Source: Klebsormidium nitens (Eukaryota > Plantae > Klebsormidiophyceae). From it: a stretch of 64,000 nt of DNA. Of the stretch, positions 62,819 to 64,000 are shown one piece after another. The stretch is taken from NCBI GenBank assembly GCA_000708835.1, contig DF237422.1:1-64000 (forward strand), given 5' to 3'. The notes below the pieces were generated by a model that made no database searches, was not told where the DNA came from, and saw nothing but the letters and a program-made list of their open reading frames with translations. How positions within the stretch are numbered: position 1 is the stretch's first letter; every line of letters starts with the position of its first letter. The position numbers were made by a program, and so were the translations under genes.

Positions 62819-64000
62819 TAGGGCTTCTGTTGCTCAAACCCCGCGTTCGCGCCGTTCTCAGGAGATTTTGTATTCGGAGTTTTAAGCAGGAAACGAGAGA
62901 TTAGATTGCGGAACTCAGCTGTTGAGAAAGCAGCTAGTGCCTCATGGCTATCGGAAGGCAAGACTGGACGGGTAGAATCGGTCGAAAGGTGGGGCGGGGC
63001 AGGGTGCTACTGATCGAAAGATCGACGATACTGTTCTCTGGGGGTGTGTGTAAACAGGGGGTCAGGTGGCTTGTGATAGATCCGGAGTTTTAGTCGAATA
63101 CGATAGCGCGCCAGGATGAGGCAGGGTCTGAACACAGGAATGAGTTCGAGACGGTTTACACGTTCAGCTGGTTTAGGGGCCTTGGCTTGAGTTTTGTAGG
63201 CACCAAAAATGAAAGGCATTTGCTTAATGGTTGCGAGTTTATTGACAGTTTGAAACCGTTCTGCTACTTGGTGCGTCGAACCTCAAATGTCTAACTCTCT
63301 TGTTGAGTTCTTGGAGACGAGCTTACACACCAATCGACCGTCACGATATGCTATAGGATTGAAAGTCCACGCCCATATATATCGCTCGCGCAGGCTTCCG
63401 AAAACGGTACTGGATAAAGATGGACAAGCTGCTTACGGTTATTCAGTGGTCGAACTTTGCGTCACGCGCCTTTTCATGATTTGAAAAGTCCCACCGGCCA
63501 GCTTTGCATTGGGCTACAACAGGCGGCTGGTTGGTCCTCCCAGCTGGGACCCGTCAGAATCCTTGCCCCTGATCGCTCCCTCAATCGAGAGTGTACGTTG
63601 AGTACTTGTTTTCCTCCTCAGTCAGCTGCTAGGCAATCATATGCATAGCTAAGTATTCCAATTCCTTTCTGTCCTTTTAACTATGACAACCGACATTGAA
63701 CTTCAAGGACTGTTCTCAGGTTGTCTGCAACGTTCATCATGCTCCAAACCGGATCACAGCAATGCTTAGGAAAGTTGCAACTTCGATATTCAAGGGTCGA
63801 AGCCGTCCTCTCCAGGCTTTTTGGCATGGACGAATTATACAGTTTGTTCCAAGCTGTAGCGGTGGTGAGCCGATCATATGGTCAGCTCACGGTGGAAAGA
63901 TCAGAGATTCGGGAGTCCCGGCTCCTGTGTGTCGAGACGTCGACGTTATACTCATCATTGTCATCATATGTTGGAGGCATTACCTAAATCAATCATTGCA

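Noticed and set aside
1-64000. rRNA, tRNA, CRISPR arrays, autonomous transposase or reverse transcriptase genes
   Set aside because: I saw no recognisable signatures by eye; a covariance-model search was not possible.

Overview
Intron-rich eukaryotic genomic DNA with one 518-N assembly gap. The gene set (TPLATE-complex TASH3, ciliary-type TTLL6/13, plant-type glutamate-cysteine ligase) suggests a streptophyte alga such as Klebsormidium; this is inference. Hand-spliced models give six genes with canonical GT-AG junctions and continuous frames: the 3' part of TASH3 (+, 1-9481), a TTLL6/13 tubulin polyglutamylase (-, 10819-18093), two tandem 711/3-clan cytochrome P450s (+, 20235-27871 and 30874-39462) separated by a TTLL pseudo-fragment, and a head-to-head pair of glutamate-cysteine ligase (GCL/GSH1) genes. 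Unidentified ORFs lie at the right end. The strongest novel signal is the GCL locus. The + copy is a canonical GSH1 with a transit-peptide-like extension. It carries two tandem 81-nt versions of the exon holding the redox-switch cysteine, both with intact splice sites; the second lacks that Cys and shows mostly synonymous divergence, so they look like mutually exclusive exons. The - copy is an intact 450-aa paralog with no transit peptide, both redox-switch cysteines lost and a remodelled cysteine-acceptor pocket, while its Glu/ATP/Mg residues are kept: a candidate cytosolic gamma-glutamyl ligase with new specificity. Across the window, introns are filled with serial decaying copies of the neighbouring exon edge and splice site. 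No database searches could be run; literature residue numbers are from recollection and should be verified.
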